From an uncultured Acidobacteriota bacterium (GTDB lineage Bacteria; Acidobacteriota; Terriglobia; UBA7540), in contig CAWDSK010000006.1 in assembly GCA_963804995.1 (NCBI GenBank), forward strand, positions 1,504,001 through 1,568,000: a stretch of 64,000 nucleotides of DNA. Reading direction: 5' to 3'. The position numbers were made by a program, and so were the translations under genes. A model generated the notes under the pieces. The model ran no database searches. It had not been told where the DNA came from and worked only from the letters and a program-made list of their open reading frames with translations. This document shows, piece by piece, positions 1-10,056 of the stretch. The stretch's first letter is position 1. Each line of letters opens with the position of its first letter.

Positions 1-196
1 ACGCGGTTTTGATTTCATCGGGGTTGATTTCGTCTCACTGCAGAGGCGCGGAGGCGCAGAGGAGTGAAGGTCAAGAGGCAAAACGCAAAATACAATGGCT
101 AGAAGTCAAAGCCGATTTTGCATTTAGACTTTTGCGTCTTCCCTTTTGACCTTGTTCTACTCAGCTTCTCCGCGCCTCTGCGGTGAAATCCGTTTA

Positions 197-1987
197 TTAC
201 TGCTTTCCCGAAAGGGTCTCCCACCCGCGCCGCGACAAATCCCAATAGATTGCATATCCGGAGAGGCCGGCAATGGTCAGGAACAAGACGCCTATGCCGC
301 TCGAGCCCAACAGGAGTTTGCCAATGCCGAACAGTGTCATGTAGACCATGATGCAGCCGAGCGCCCAATCCATCAAATTATACCAGCCATCCTCCGTGGG
401 AGCGACTTCCGGGGCGAGCTTGGCGATGTGCTTCCAGCCGGCCACGCCCGGCCGCACGCGGCGGTAAAACTGCAGGAGTTTCGTTTCGGGCTCCGGCTCC
501 GTCAGGAACGTCGCCCCCAGCCACACGAGCGTCGTGACGGCCACGGTCAAGACCAGGTTTTTGCCAAACAGGTTCGGGTCGGAGGCGGCAAAGGGGCTCA
601 CAAACCTGAGGGTGATGGAGGTCACGGCCGCCGTCGTCATCGCGGAAATTTCCGACCAGGCGTTGATTCGCCACCAGTACCAGCGCAGTAGGTATACGGC
701 TCCGGTGCCCGCGCCAATGTTCACCACCATGTCCCAGCCACCCGCCACCGTCTGCATGATATAGGAAACCGCCGCGCCCAAAACCATAAGGCCCATGGTG
801 GCAACTTTAGAAATCGTCACGTAATGACCTTCGGAACGTTGGCGTACCAGGAAGCGGCGGTAGAAGTCGTTCACGATATAAGACGAGCTCCAGTTCAATT
901 GCGTCGCAATGGTGGACATGTAGGCAGCCGCAAAGGCGGCGAGCATCAGGCCGCGAAAAGCCGGCGGCATATAATCCACCCAGACTCGAATGAAGCCGCC
1001 CTCGGCGTCTGCGCCCGGCCGGCTCAGTTCCGGGTAAAGGACTACCACAGCCAGGGCCGTCAAAATCCAGGCCCAGGGCCGCAAAGCGTAGTGGGCGATA
1101 TTGAACCAGAGAGTGGCCAACAACGAGTTCTTCTCATCCTTGGCGCAGAAGATGCGCTGCGCTACGTAGCCGCCACCGCCTGGCTCCGCTCCGGGGTACC
1201 AGACTGACCACCAGTACACCCCGATGTAGACGAGGAAGGTCATGAGGGGCATCCAGGGCGAATGCAAATCGGGAATGAAGGAGAGGATGGATCCGGAGCC
1301 TCCTACCGCCGCGCCCCGGGCGGCATCGACGGCGGCAAGCTTGGTCTTCAGCATGGTCATGCCGCCCACGGCATGGACCGCGTAGAACGCCAGGACAATC
1401 AACATGGCCATCTTCAGGATGAACTGCACCAGGTCCGTCCACAGCACACCCCATAGACCGGATATGGAGGTGTAAATGGCTGTGATGGTCATGCAGATGA
1501 CCACGGCCCAGAATTTGGGAACGTTCAGTGATATCCCCAGGATTTTTTCCATGGCCAGATTGACCCAGCCCAGAATGATGCAATTAATAAGGAGGCCGAA
1601 ATAGAGCGCGCGAAAACCCCGCAGGAATGCAGCAGGCTTGCCGGCGTATCGCAACTCAACCAGTTCCACGTCGGTAATGATTTCGGCCCGGCGCCACATG
1701 CGCGCGAAAAAGAAGACCGTCATCATGCCGCTAAACAGAAAACTCCACCAGAACCAATTCGCGGCAACGCCGTGCCGCACCACCTGCCCGGTCACCCAAA
1801 GGGGCGTGTCGGCGGCGAAAGTTGTGGCCACCATGGAAGTGCCTGCCAGCCACCAGGTCACTTCGCGCCCTGAAACAAAGAAATCGCTCGTGCTGGCGCT
1901 TGCCTTCTTCCGGTAATAGAGCCCGATGAGCAGGTTGATCAGAAAATAGCCGGCTACCACAATCCAATCCGCTAATGTGAGTTTCAT
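197..1987 (-). CDS. Sodium:solute symporter (SSS) family protein
   Basis: 596 aa, many TM segments; SSS-type N-terminus 'DFFVSGREVTWWLAGTSMVATTFAADTP', plus 'GLWGVLWTD' and 'YVAQRIFCAKDE'. Confidence 0.9.
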   Translation of the reverse strand: MKLTLADWIVVAGYFLINLLIGLYYRKKASASTSDFFVSGREVTWWLAGTSMVATTFAADTPLWVTGQVVRHGVAANWFWWSFLFSGMMTVFFFARMWRRAEIITDVELVELRYAGKPAAFLRGFRALYFGLLINCIILGWVNLAMEKILGISLNVPKFWAVVICMTITAIYTSISGLWGVLWTDLVQFILKMAMLIVLAFYAVHAVGGMTMLKTKLAAVDAARGAAVGGSGSILSFIPDLHSPWMPLMTFLVYIGVYWWSVWYPGAEPGGGGYVAQRIFCAKDEKNSLLATLWFNIAHYALRPWAWILTALAVVVLYPELSRPGADAEGGFIRVWVDYMPPAFRGLMLAAFAAAYMSTIATQLNWSSSYIVNDFYRRFLVRQRSEGHYVTISKVATMGLMVLGAAVSYIMQTVAGGWDMVVNIGAGTGAVYLLRWYWWRINAWSEISAMTTAAVTSITLRFVSPFAASDPNLFGKNLVLTVAVTTLVWLGATFLTEPEPETKLLQFYRRVRPGVAGWKHIAKLAPEVAPTEDGWYNLMDWALGCIMVYMTLFGIGKLLLGSSGIGVLFLTIAGLSGYAIYWDLSRRGWETLSGKQ

Positions 1988-2201
1988 AAGTACAGGTTCC
2001 TTTGATAATTTTCCAATCCTTGCATTGCTACGCGGAGCCCGCGAGTATATAGCAAAAGAGGTTCGGGCCGAAGGACAACTGCTGGCACTTCAACACAGAG
2101 GTCGCCGGGAGGCTCCGTGCCCTCTGTGCCCTTTACTGGTGAAATCCTTCTTGGGTTGCGGCCCACAGGCGCGCTAGGGTACCTTGTTGGTGAGGGAAAC
2201 C

Positions 2202-4646
2202 GTGATTCACAAACGAGGGTTCTTGCTTTGTATCTTGATCTCCGGCCTCTTGGCCAAATCCTGGATTGCCCCCTCGGCACCTTGGGCGGCCTCTGCCGAA
2301 GCCTCCGCGGGAATGGATGAGCAGCGGCTGGCGGGAATTGCCGCTCTGGCCGAGGCCTCGATTCAGGCCAAGCGCATTCCCGGCGCCGTCGTCCTGGTCG
2401 GCCATGAGGGCAAGGTGGTTTATCGTCAGGCTTTTGGTGATCGCTCGATTTTGCCCGAGCGGCGGCCGATGACTGTGGACACGATCTTCGATATGGCCTC
2501 CCTGACCAAGGTAATTGCCACCACGACGGCGGTGATGCAGCTTGTTGAGCAGGGGAAAATCGAGCTCAGCGCTCAAGTCGGCGATTACTGGCCGGAATTC
2601 AAGGAAAACGGCAAAGACCTGATTACCATCCGCGAACTGATGACGCACTATTCCGGCTTGCCTCCGGACCTGGAACTGAAACCCGCCTGGACGGGCTACG
2701 ACACGGCAATGCAGATGATAGTCGCGACCAAGCCAAACACGCCGCCGGGCACGCGTTTCATTTACAGCGACATCAATTTTGAAACGCTGGGTGAAATCGT
2801 CCACCGCGTTTCCGGCGAACCGCTGGAGGAGTACTGCGCGGAACACATTTTCAAACCGCTGGGTATGAAGGACACGCAGTTCAGGCCTCCGACTTCCTTG
2901 CGGCATCGTATCGCGCCCACGCAATACGAGCATGGCAACAGCGGACCGATTCTTTGGGGCACCGTGCACGATCCCACCTCACGTTTCATGGGTGGAGTGG
3001 CCGGGCACGCGGGTCTGTTTTCGACCGCCGACGATCTTTCCATCTTCGCGCAAATGCTACTGAACGGCGGCACATACAATGGCGTGCGCATCTTGAGCCC
3101 ACTCTCCGTGGAAAAGATGAGCACTCCGCAAACACCTCCAAACAAGATGGTGTTGCGCGGCCTGGGGTGGGACCTCGATTCTCCCATCGCTTCGAACCGC
3201 GGCGACCGCGTGGGCCCGATCTTCATTACCAACCGGGGGGATTTGTTCGATGTCGGCTCATACGGGCACACAGGGTATACGGGCACCTCCCTCTGGATTG
3301 ACCCGGTGACCAACACGTATGTGATCATACTAACCAACCGAGTGCATCCCGACGGCAAAGGCGAAGTCGTGCCGCTGCGCACGGGGGTCACGACGCTGGT
3401 GGCGGCGGCGCTGGGGCCGCTTTCCGCGCAGCAAGTTCTGGACAGCCGGCGGTCGCTGACCAGCTACTTTGAGCTGATGAAGAGTTACCGCGTACAGGGC
3501 CTGCGCAATGGCAGCGTGAAGACGGGCATCAACGTCCTGGCGGCGGAACACTTTGCCCCCCTGGCGGGGAAGCGCGTGGGGCTGATCACCAATCAGTCTG
3601 GCCTGGCAAGCGATGGGAGCCGCACCATCGATTTGCTGGCGCACGCGCCGGACGTGAAGTTGGTAGCGCTGTTCAGCCCCGAGCACGGACTGGCGGGCGC
3701 CGCGGAGGCAGGCGCCATGGTCGCTTCCACGCGCGACGCCTCGACCGGCGTGCCTGTCCACAGTCTGTACGGGGAGGTCCAGCGCCCCACCGACCAAATG
3801 CTGGAGGGCATCGATTCACTGGTCTTTGACATCCAGGATGTTGGCGTGCGCTTCTACACTTACATCACCACCCTCGGATATTGCCTGGAAACGGCGGGGA
3901 AGAAGGGTATTGACTTCTATGTGCTTGACCGGCCGAATCCAATCAACGGCGTGGACGTCGACGGGCCGGTGCTTGACCCGGACCTGCGCTCGTTCACCGC
4001 GTATTTCCCCATGCCCATTCGCCACGGCATGACTGTGGGCGAGCTTGCGGAAATGTTCAACCGCGAAAATCACCTGAACGCCAAGCTGCATGTGGTGAAG
4101 ATGCGCGGCTGGGAGCGGACGGATTGGTTTGACGAGACGGGCCAAGCCTGGATTAATCCATCCCCGAACCTGCGAAACCTGACGGAAGAAACCCTATATC
4201 CGGGTGTCTGCCTGGTGGAAGGCTCAAACGTCAGCGTGGGCCGCGGCACCGATACCCCCTTTGAAATCGTCGGCGCCCCCTGGATCAACGGTCGGGAACT
4301 GGCCGCGCATTTGAACGGCAAGAAAATTCAGGGAGTGCGCTTCTTGCCTATGGATTTCAAGCCGCTCTCGGACACTTTCGCAGGAGAGTTGTGCCATGGC
4401 GTACAGATCGTGCTGCTCGATCGTCAAGCCTTCGAGCCGACCGAAATGGGAGTAGAAATGGTTGCGGCGCTCAATAAGCTTTTTCCGAACGACTACAAAT
4501 TGGGTGAGGCGCTGCGCCTGATCGGCAGCCAGGCAGCCGTGGAATCGATTCGCGCCGGCGAAAGCCCCTCCCGTATTTGGTACGATTGGCAAGAAGGCTT
4601 GGAGAGATTTAAGAAGCTTCGCGCCCAGTACCTGCTTTATCCCTGA
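2202..4646 (+). CDS. Fusion of beta-lactamase-fold serine hydrolase (AmiE-like) and exo-beta-N-acetylmuramidase NamZ (DUF1343) domain
   Basis: Signal peptide; SxxK 'ASLTK', 'YSD', 'GHTGYTG'; then NamZ motifs 'VGLITNQSG', 'LFSPEHG', 'FDIQDVGVRFYTY', 'DRPNP', 'RHGMTVGE', 'GRGT'. GTG start chosen; ORF is open from 2184. Confidence 0.88.
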   Translation: MIHKRGFLLCILISGLLAKSWIAPSAPWAASAEASAGMDEQRLAGIAALAEASIQAKRIPGAVVLVGHEGKVVYRQAFGDRSILPERRPMTVDTIFDMASLTKVIATTTAVMQLVEQGKIELSAQVGDYWPEFKENGKDLITIRELMTHYSGLPPDLELKPAWTGYDTAMQMIVATKPNTPPGTRFIYSDINFETLGEIVHRVSGEPLEEYCAEHIFKPLGMKDTQFRPPTSLRHRIAPTQYEHGNSGPILWGTVHDPTSRFMGGVAGHAGLFSTADDLSIFAQMLLNGGTYNGVRILSPLSVEKMSTPQTPPNKMVLRGLGWDLDSPIASNRGDRVGPIFITNRGDLFDVGSYGHTGYTGTSLWIDPVTNTYVIILTNRVHPDGKGEVVPLRTGVTTLVAAALGPLSAQQVLDSRRSLTSYFELMKSYRVQGLRNGSVKTGINVLAAEHFAPLAGKRVGLITNQSGLASDGSRTIDLLAHAPDVKLVALFSPEHGLAGAAEAGAMVASTRDASTGVPVHSLYGEVQRPTDQMLEGIDSLVFDIQDVGVRFYTYITTLGYCLETAGKKGIDFYVLDRPNPINGVDVDGPVLDPDLRSFTAYFPMPIRHGMTVGELAEMFNRENHLNAKLHVVKMRGWERTDWFDETGQAWINPSPNLRNLTEETLYPGVCLVEGSNVSVGRGTDTPFEIVGAPWINGRELAAHLNGKKIQGVRFLPMDFKPLSDTFAGELCHGVQIVLLDRQAFEPTEMGVEMVAALNKLFPNDYKLGEALRLIGSQAAVESIRAGESPSRIWYDWQEGLERFKKLRAQYLLYP

Positions 4647-4807
4647 GGCAGGACCCCTTTCACGCTGCGCCCTGGATTGTTCCCATCTGCCAATTTTGGA
4701 ATTGTCTTGTTCTCACCCGGAGGAGTAGTATCATGCCGGTGGAGTTCAAGACAGGGCCTGAGCAAGTGGCCGTTTCGCTGGCAGGCTGAAGTTTCCAGGG
4801 AGGGGTC

Positions 4808-5380
4808 ATGAGAATCAATTCGCGTGCTCTCCGAATCATCAGCGGGATTATTCTGACGCTCCTGATCTTTGGGGGCAGCCGTACCATCCGTTTGGGAGCG
4901 AAGGATAAGACGCCTCCGGTCAGTTCAGACGACCCAACCCTCCGGCTTTTCGATCTTCTCGATTCAAAACTTGGCGGCAAGCTCGATAACTTCTACGTGC
5001 TGGCAGATGTTTTTAACGACCCCCAAAACCCCGAGCATGCGCTGCAGCACATTCTGCGCCTTGATTACGACAAGGGGCGGGCCTTTGGCAAACTCCGTAT
5101 TTATGTGCGGACGGTTGACAAGCTCTCCCCTGAACAGTTGAAGACTTACACCTCCAAGGAAATATTTGAGTTTGCCGAATCGGACAGCGAGAAGTATTCC
5201 AAGATTGAACCGGGCCCTTTTGGCCGTCCAGGGGATGTCTATTTTCAGCCCACGTCGCCGGGCGGGCCGCTGGGATCTTCTCCCATAACCGATGAGGTGC
5301 AGGCTCGCTACGACCGCTATGTGACGCAGTACATCAGGCCAGCCCTGGAGAAAAAAGCGGGTGGCGGCTCGGCTTCCTGA
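4808..5380 (+). CDS. Hypothetical exported protein
   Basis: 190 aa, RBS GGAGG, N-terminal hydrophobic stretch. Confidence 0.7.
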   Translation: MRINSRALRIISGIILTLLIFGGSRTIRLGAKDKTPPVSSDDPTLRLFDLLDSKLGGKLDNFYVLADVFNDPQNPEHALQHILRLDYDKGRAFGKLRIYVRTVDKLSPEQLKTYTSKEIFEFAESDSEKYSKIEPGPFGRPGDVYFQPTSPGGPLGSSPITDEVQARYDRYVTQYIRPALEKKAGGGSAS

Positions 5381-5421
5381 GCCTATCTGCCTTGCTTTCT
5401 ACCCCGCGAGAATTTTTGGCC

Positions 5422-5583
5422 TTACAAGCAAATCCGCTCGCCTAGACCTGACCTGACGGTTTGTTCAGCGCCTCGAATTTGCGGCTCGCCATATAGCAGA
5501 ACTGCTTGACCGCCAATCACCATATAGGGCACTCGGCGCTCTTCAAGGGCGATCGCGATTTGTTCCAGGAGGCGGGCCAGCAT
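5422..5583 (-). pseudogene. Truncated nucleotidyltransferase (DUF6036/AbiEii-like N-terminus)
   Basis: Manual translation MLARLLEQIAIALEERRVPYMVIGGQAVLLYGEPQ..., 53 aa; similarity stops before the expected R-x-T-x-D-x-D. Confidence 0.6.
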
Positions 5584-5770
5584 GCAGTTTTCTCACCCAT
5601 TCAATCTTGTGTTCGATGCCCTCCAGGGGGTTAGAGGGAGGAAAGACTCCCATTGAGCGGGCATACTCCCGAAAGTCGTCCATGAGTTGCAGAGCATGCT
5701 CGAAATCCGGGGGCTCACGGAGTGGACCCCTCAACTCCCAAGCTTCCCAGTAGGCACGGTCTTTGATCAT
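5543..5770 (-). CDS. Small hypothetical protein, probable partner of the downstream nucleotidyltransferase
   Basis: 75 aa, overlaps the start of the NTase fragment in a TA-like arrangement. Confidence 0.55.
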   Translation of the reverse strand: MIKDRAYWEAWELRGPLREPPDFEHALQLMDDFREYARSMGVFPPSNPLEGIEHKIEWVRKLHAGPPPGTNRDRP

Positions 5771-5794
5771 TCTTCTTGGCTCCCGTAGAAATCC

Positions 5795-6937
5795 CTATGC
5801 CGTGCAGAACAAACGGGCCAGCTCTACGAGTATATCCCGGCACGCCAGCACCTGGTCTACGTAAACATACTCTTCTATGCTGTGCAGCCCTGCTCCACCG
5901 GGACCGAAGATGACAGTGGGGATTCCCGCGCGTGCCAGGATGGCGGCGTCCGTCCAAAAAGACACGCCCCCCTCCTGCACCTTCCGTCCCACGCGTGTCA
6001 CAGCTTCACAGAGCGTCTCCGGCAGGCAATGATCGCTGGATATTTCGAAGGGTGACTGTTCGAGCAGCAGTTCCGCAGAGGCCTCAAATTCCGCATCTTC
6101 CTGCTTCAAGGTTTCCAGGATATCGCGGATCTCACGGAGCGCGATGCCATCAGCCTCTGCACTCGTGGTACGGCGCTCGAACTGAAGAGTGCAGTTATCC
6201 GGGTAGCTGCTCAGTTCCCGGCCACCACTGATTAACGAGGCGTGCAGGGAGGCGGTTCCCTGGTGCGGGCGCAGGGGCTGCGCCTGTAACTGGCGATCCA
6301 AATCTGCCAGGCGATTCAGCACCTTTCCCATTCTGAAGATCGCATCCCGGCCGTCGCGAGGGCGGCTGCCGTGAGCCGCAACCCCCTTGGTGCTGATTTC
6401 GATCCAGGAAAAGCCCCGATGAGCGAGTGCCACTTGCAAATCCGTGGGCTCCGTGATGACCGCGCCATCGGCCTGCCAGCGCTTTACGATCTCGCGTGTT
6501 CCAAGACTGGCATGTTCCTCATCCGCGACTGCTGCAACCAGCAACTTCCCTGCCCGGAGCCCTCCGGAGGAGGCAATCTGCCGCGCCGCGCCGAGCATGG
6601 CCGCCACCCCACCCTTCATGTCTTGCGACCCGCGGCCATAGATTCGGCCCTCACGCTCCACAGGAGTAAACGGCGCCTGCATGCCTGCCACACCCACCGT
6701 ATCCATGTGGCCGCAAAACATCAGGGAGCGTCCAGGCGCTCGCCCTTCGAGCACCCCGACCACATTCGGGCGATGGGGTGCGACGTCGGTTAATTCCACA
6801 TCCATGCCGATTGAACGCATTTCGGCGGCAATGAGGTGAGCGATATTCTCCTCGCCCGCCCCCCCCGGGACCAACGCGGGGTTGACGGAATCAGTGGCTA
6901 TGAGGTCACAAAGGAATTTCAGTGTTGGATCCGGCAT
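5795..6937 (-). CDS. M20 family ArgE/DapE-like deacylase
   Basis: 'GHMDTV', 'GRGSQDMKGG', 'DEE', 'TEPT', 'AAHGS', 'H..EEYV' metal-binding motifs. Confidence 0.9.
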   Translation of the reverse strand: MPDPTLKFLCDLIATDSVNPALVPGGAGEENIAHLIAAEMRSIGMDVELTDVAPHRPNVVGVLEGRAPGRSLMFCGHMDTVGVAGMQAPFTPVEREGRIYGRGSQDMKGGVAAMLGAARQIASSGGLRAGKLLVAAVADEEHASLGTREIVKRWQADGAVITEPTDLQVALAHRGFSWIEISTKGVAAHGSRPRDGRDAIFRMGKVLNRLADLDRQLQAQPLRPHQGTASLHASLISGGRELSSYPDNCTLQFERRTTSAEADGIALREIRDILETLKQEDAEFEASAELLLEQSPFEISSDHCLPETLCEAVTRVGRKVQEGGVSFWTDAAILARAGIPTVIFGPGGAGLHSIEEYVYVDQVLACRDILVELARLFCTA

Positions 6938-7031
6938 ATGCGTAACAATATGAATAATACGTTAGGGGGTTGAACTACTCTTAATTATATAACTTTACTT
7001 GATAGGCCTACTATAATCGGTTAACACCTGG

Positions 7032-7105
7032 ACCCCCTCACCCGTCCCGCCCCGGCTGATAAAAATGCCGGTTGCGGTCCACCCTCTCCCCCAAAGGGGC
7101 GAGGG
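7032..7105 (+). repeat. CCCTCACCC...CCCTCTCCC/GAGGG REP-like palindromic repeat
   Basis: Related copies at 16227-16363, 23647-23772, 48457-48531 (reverse) and 61884-62015. Confidence 0.8.
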
Positions 7106-7239
7106 TTATGAATTCAGGTCAACCTCCCTCACTCATCCGCGTAAATTCAAATTAACTCCCCCCTCGGTCGCCGCGGCGACAGAGGGGCTGGGGGGAGGGG
7201 GTAGCATCACCCAATTCCACCACGCACATTGAATCTCCC

Positions 7240-7904
7240 CTACGGCTTGGCCTCCCTCAACACCAAGCGCGGGAAACTGGAAGGGTTCTTGGTGCTGACG
7301 CGGAACAAGGGATCCTTCTTGGACTGCAACACGATCCGTTGCAGATCTTCGACGTCCGTCGGCTTCGCGGGGCGAATGACCTTTCGGACGCTGAAGTCGA
7401 GGCCAATCTCGTATCCCAGAGTGAGCTTGCCGCCTTCGAAGTAGATATTCGGGATGGCGATGTCTCCCGAGTAGCCATGGGCGGTTTTCTTCCAGGCGGT
7501 AAAAATCTCCTGCATGTAGTTGTGAGGCTGGGCGCGCGGCGGCAGGTAATCCTCATCAGAGAAAATGCTGGGCTGGACATCGGCGAAGTTTCCGGGGCTG
7601 AAGTAGAACATATACTCATCGCCGGTGGGCTCCTTGGCAAAGTAGTTCTTGCGGAAGCCGGTCTCGAGGGTCAGCACGAAAGTGTCACCATTCTGAATCC
7701 CGCGCCCAAAGAAGGGCTGATAGAGGTAGGCGTCGGTCGCGTCCACGCCCACATAAAGAAAGCTCTCGTCCCAACCGAAGGCAACACGGGCTGACAGATC
7801 CTGCGGGCCCTGCCAGAGCTTGGCTCCGGTCATAACCTGCGCGGGTGCGTCAAGCCGGTAAACGGGGCCGCTTTGCCACTTGGCAAAATCGCCGTCCAAA
7901 TTGG
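7240..7904 (-). pseudogene. Detached C-terminal sugar-binding (CBM9-like) part of the GH84 gene
   Basis: 'PNLDGDFAKW...DLSARVAFGWDESFLYVGVDATD'; joins the 5' part in frame once the IS1595 element and one TSD copy are removed. Confidence 0.85.
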
Positions 7905-7917
7905 GGCAATTATTTAC

Positions 7918-7946
7918 TTGACACACAAGCAATAATGAGGTAGAAT
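7918..7946 (+). promoter_or_regulatory. Sigma70-type transposase promoter, probably giving a leaderless mRNA
   Basis: TTGACA-17 bp-TAGAAT; -35 lies inside the left IR; ATG is 7 bp after the -10; no SD. Confidence 0.7.
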
Positions 7947-7953
7947 TCTCAAC

Positions 7954-8907
7954 ATGGTGAACACAAACACAAGACCTGAAACACTCCAAGAAGCGATTGC
8001 CTACTTTGCCGACGCCGAGAAGTGCTTCGCCTTCGCGGTGAACCTTCGCTGGCCTCATGGCAAGATTTCTTGTCCCCGGTGCGGCTCCAGGGAACACTCT
8101 TTTATTTCGACTCGCCGCATTTGGTACTGCAAGGGCTGCAAGAAGCAATTCACCGTGAAGGTTGGAACAATCTTTGAGGATAGTCCACTTGGAATGGACA
8201 AGTGGATGACCGCAATGTGGCTGATCGTCAACTGCAAGAATGGAATCAGTAGTTGCGAAGTCGCCCGTGACCTCGGCATTACTCAGAAGTCCGCTTGGTT
8301 CATGGTTCACCGCCTTCGCCTTGCATTGCAGAATAAGGACGGTGGAAAGTTGGGCGGGGAAGTCGAAGTTGATGAAACATTCATCGGCGGACTCTCCCGC
8401 AACATGCACGTCAGCAAGCGGCGTCAAAAGATCATGGGTACTGGGGGCCGGGATAAGGTTGCAGTCCTCGGCATCCTGAAACGGCAAGGGAAAGTCCGCA
8501 CCTCGGTTGTCCCTGACGTGACCCTCCAAACCCTTCGCAACAACGTCACCGAGAACGTGTTGGCTGGCTCGCAGGTTTTCACCGATGCTTGGGTTGGCTA
8601 CAACGGGTTGAACGCTGAGTATGTCCATAACGTCATCGATCATGCCAAAGCCTACGCGGTCGAGAACGTCCACACCAACGGCCTCGAAAACTACTGGAGC
8701 CTTTTGAAGCGTACCATCAAGGGGACTTACGTAAGTGTCGAACCTTTCCATCTTTTTCGTTACCTAGATGAGCAGGCATTTCGTTATAATACCCGCCAAG
8801 ATTTGACAGAATCCGAGCGGTTTGAGGAAGCCATGAAGCAAGTAGTTGGACGCCGCGTTACATGGAACTCTCTCACTGGCAAGCAGGTCACTCCGAGGCC
8901 GAACTAA
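7954..8907 (+). CDS. IS1595 (ISXO2-like) transposase
   Basis: Zn ribbon CPRC...CKGC, HTH, 'EVDETFIGG', 'TD', 'HTNGLENYWSLLKR', 'YLDEQAFRYN'. Confidence 0.95.
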   Translation: MVNTNTRPETLQEAIAYFADAEKCFAFAVNLRWPHGKISCPRCGSREHSFISTRRIWYCKGCKKQFTVKVGTIFEDSPLGMDKWMTAMWLIVNCKNGISSCEVARDLGITQKSAWFMVHRLRLALQNKDGGKLGGEVEVDETFIGGLSRNMHVSKRRQKIMGTGGRDKVAVLGILKRQGKVRTSVVPDVTLQTLRNNVTENVLAGSQVFTDAWVGYNGLNAEYVHNVIDHAKAYAVENVHTNGLENYWSLLKRTIKGTYVSVEPFHLFRYLDEQAFRYNTRQDLTESERFEEAMKQVVGRRVTWNSLTGKQVTPRPN

Positions 8908-8946
8908 GAAAGAAATGAAGCGCCAAGGGCGGGGCAAGCGGAAACG

Positions 8947-9087
8947 CTAACTCTTCTTGCGCTTACGTTTTGCCTTATCCTTCTTCTCTGCTTTTGTTAT
9001 TTCTGTCTTCGAGACACTGAAAGCAGTTTTCATGGCGCTCTCGAAATTTCGGTGGGCCTGCTGACCTTCAATCATTTCTGGTTTCAC
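8947..9087 (-). CDS. Small basic IS1595 passenger protein (46 aa)
   Basis: Manual translation MKPEMIEGQQAHRNFESAMKTAFSVSKTEITKAEKKDKAKRKRKKS; below the ORF-track cutoff; convergent with the transposase. Confidence 0.6.
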   Translation of the reverse strand: MKPEMIEGQQAHRNFESAMKTAFSVSKTEITKAEKKDKAKRKRKKS

Positions 9088-9162
9088 ATTTATCTCTCTA
9101 GGGATTCTTTTTTGTCATCGCATAGACCGAGCGGCTTTGCTTATCGAGCATCCTTCCAACCA

Positions 9163-10056
9163 CTAAATGCATGAATTCTGAGAATAATTGAGCGCAGCCG
9201 ACGCTTCTGATTCATCGTATTTAACTCCTCTCCTTGCATGAGAGATTTCACGCCTCCATAGATGATTCATGCGCTCGCACCTATCAGCCGCTTTAGAATA
9301 AAACTCCAATCTCTCTTGTCTCTTTTGGGCTCTTGGCTTGTTGCGCTCCGACTTCAGCTTATCGTTAATAGCATTGATCAATTCCATCCAATCTGAATAT
9401 TCTATAGGGTGTTTAACCTTGACGCGAAACTCTTTCGCAAGGATTCTTAGTCCACGCTCAGCCACCCGCATGGAATGAAATATACATGCATCGTTACGCC
9501 CAAGCACATAAGAATAGACAGCCTCTTCGCTGTCAGCCCGGGCGTCTCCAATGTATTCCCAGACCAAGGACCATTCCTGCCCCATTCTGTCCAACACCTT
9601 GGCCCTTTCGGTGGGGACAAAAGCAAAGCGTTTGTGCTTAAGGTCTCCCTGTATCGCTTCTCTTAGCACTTTTGCCTGCTGACCAACTTCCTCAATAGTT
9701 GGATTTCCTTGCAGGCAAGCGCTGAAAAGACTACACCTTTCGAGTGAAGCTTCAAGTTCTATTGCCTCACATTGGCGTTGAATGTAAAGCAATTTAGATA
9801 TAGAAGTCGCCTTAAGTTCATCGGGCAACTGAAGTTTTTGTAGTTCTTCAACGGAAACCGCATTCGCCCCAAAGCGAGCTGTCACTGCGGCGCCGGTTTT
9901 CACTTGGAGTCCAGCGCTCTCCATTTCATGGAGAAATTCGATAGCCGTAACAAACTGCCAGCATAGGAAATCGTTCATAATCTGCCACAGGTTAACCAGC
10001 CCGTGAGGGTTCCAAGGCAATGGTAATCTATCCTTGGGCAGGCTACAGGAGTTCAT
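9163..10056 (-). CDS. IS1595 passenger protein, HEPN-like
   Basis: 297 aa, lower GC, helical; 'ACIFHSMRVAERGLR' and R-x4-H 'RREISH'; the C-terminus may be frameshifted. Confidence 0.55.
   Translation of the reverse strand: MNSCSLPKDRLPLPWNPHGLVNLWQIMNDFLCWQFVTAIEFLHEMESAGLQVKTGAAVTARFGANAVSVEELQKLQLPDELKATSISKLLYIQRQCEAIELEASLERCSLFSACLQGNPTIEEVGQQAKVLREAIQGDLKHKRFAFVPTERAKVLDRMGQEWSLVWEYIGDARADSEEAVYSYVLGRNDACIFHSMRVAERGLRILAKEFRVKVKHPIEYSDWMELINAINDKLKSERNKPRAQKRQERLEFYSKAADRCERMNHLWRREISHARRGVKYDESEASAALNYSQNSCI

Noticed and set aside
30..190. Nested inverted CAGAG/CTCTG and heptamer repeats (also ~2090-2143, 41540-41625, 54566-54755) as ncRNA
   Set aside because: Low-complexity intergenic palindromes with no promoter or distinctive structure
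7240..8751. 503-aa minus-strand ORF as a single gene
   Set aside because: Its first ~280 aa are the antisense shadow of the IS1595 transposase; only 7240-7904 is real (the GH84 tail)
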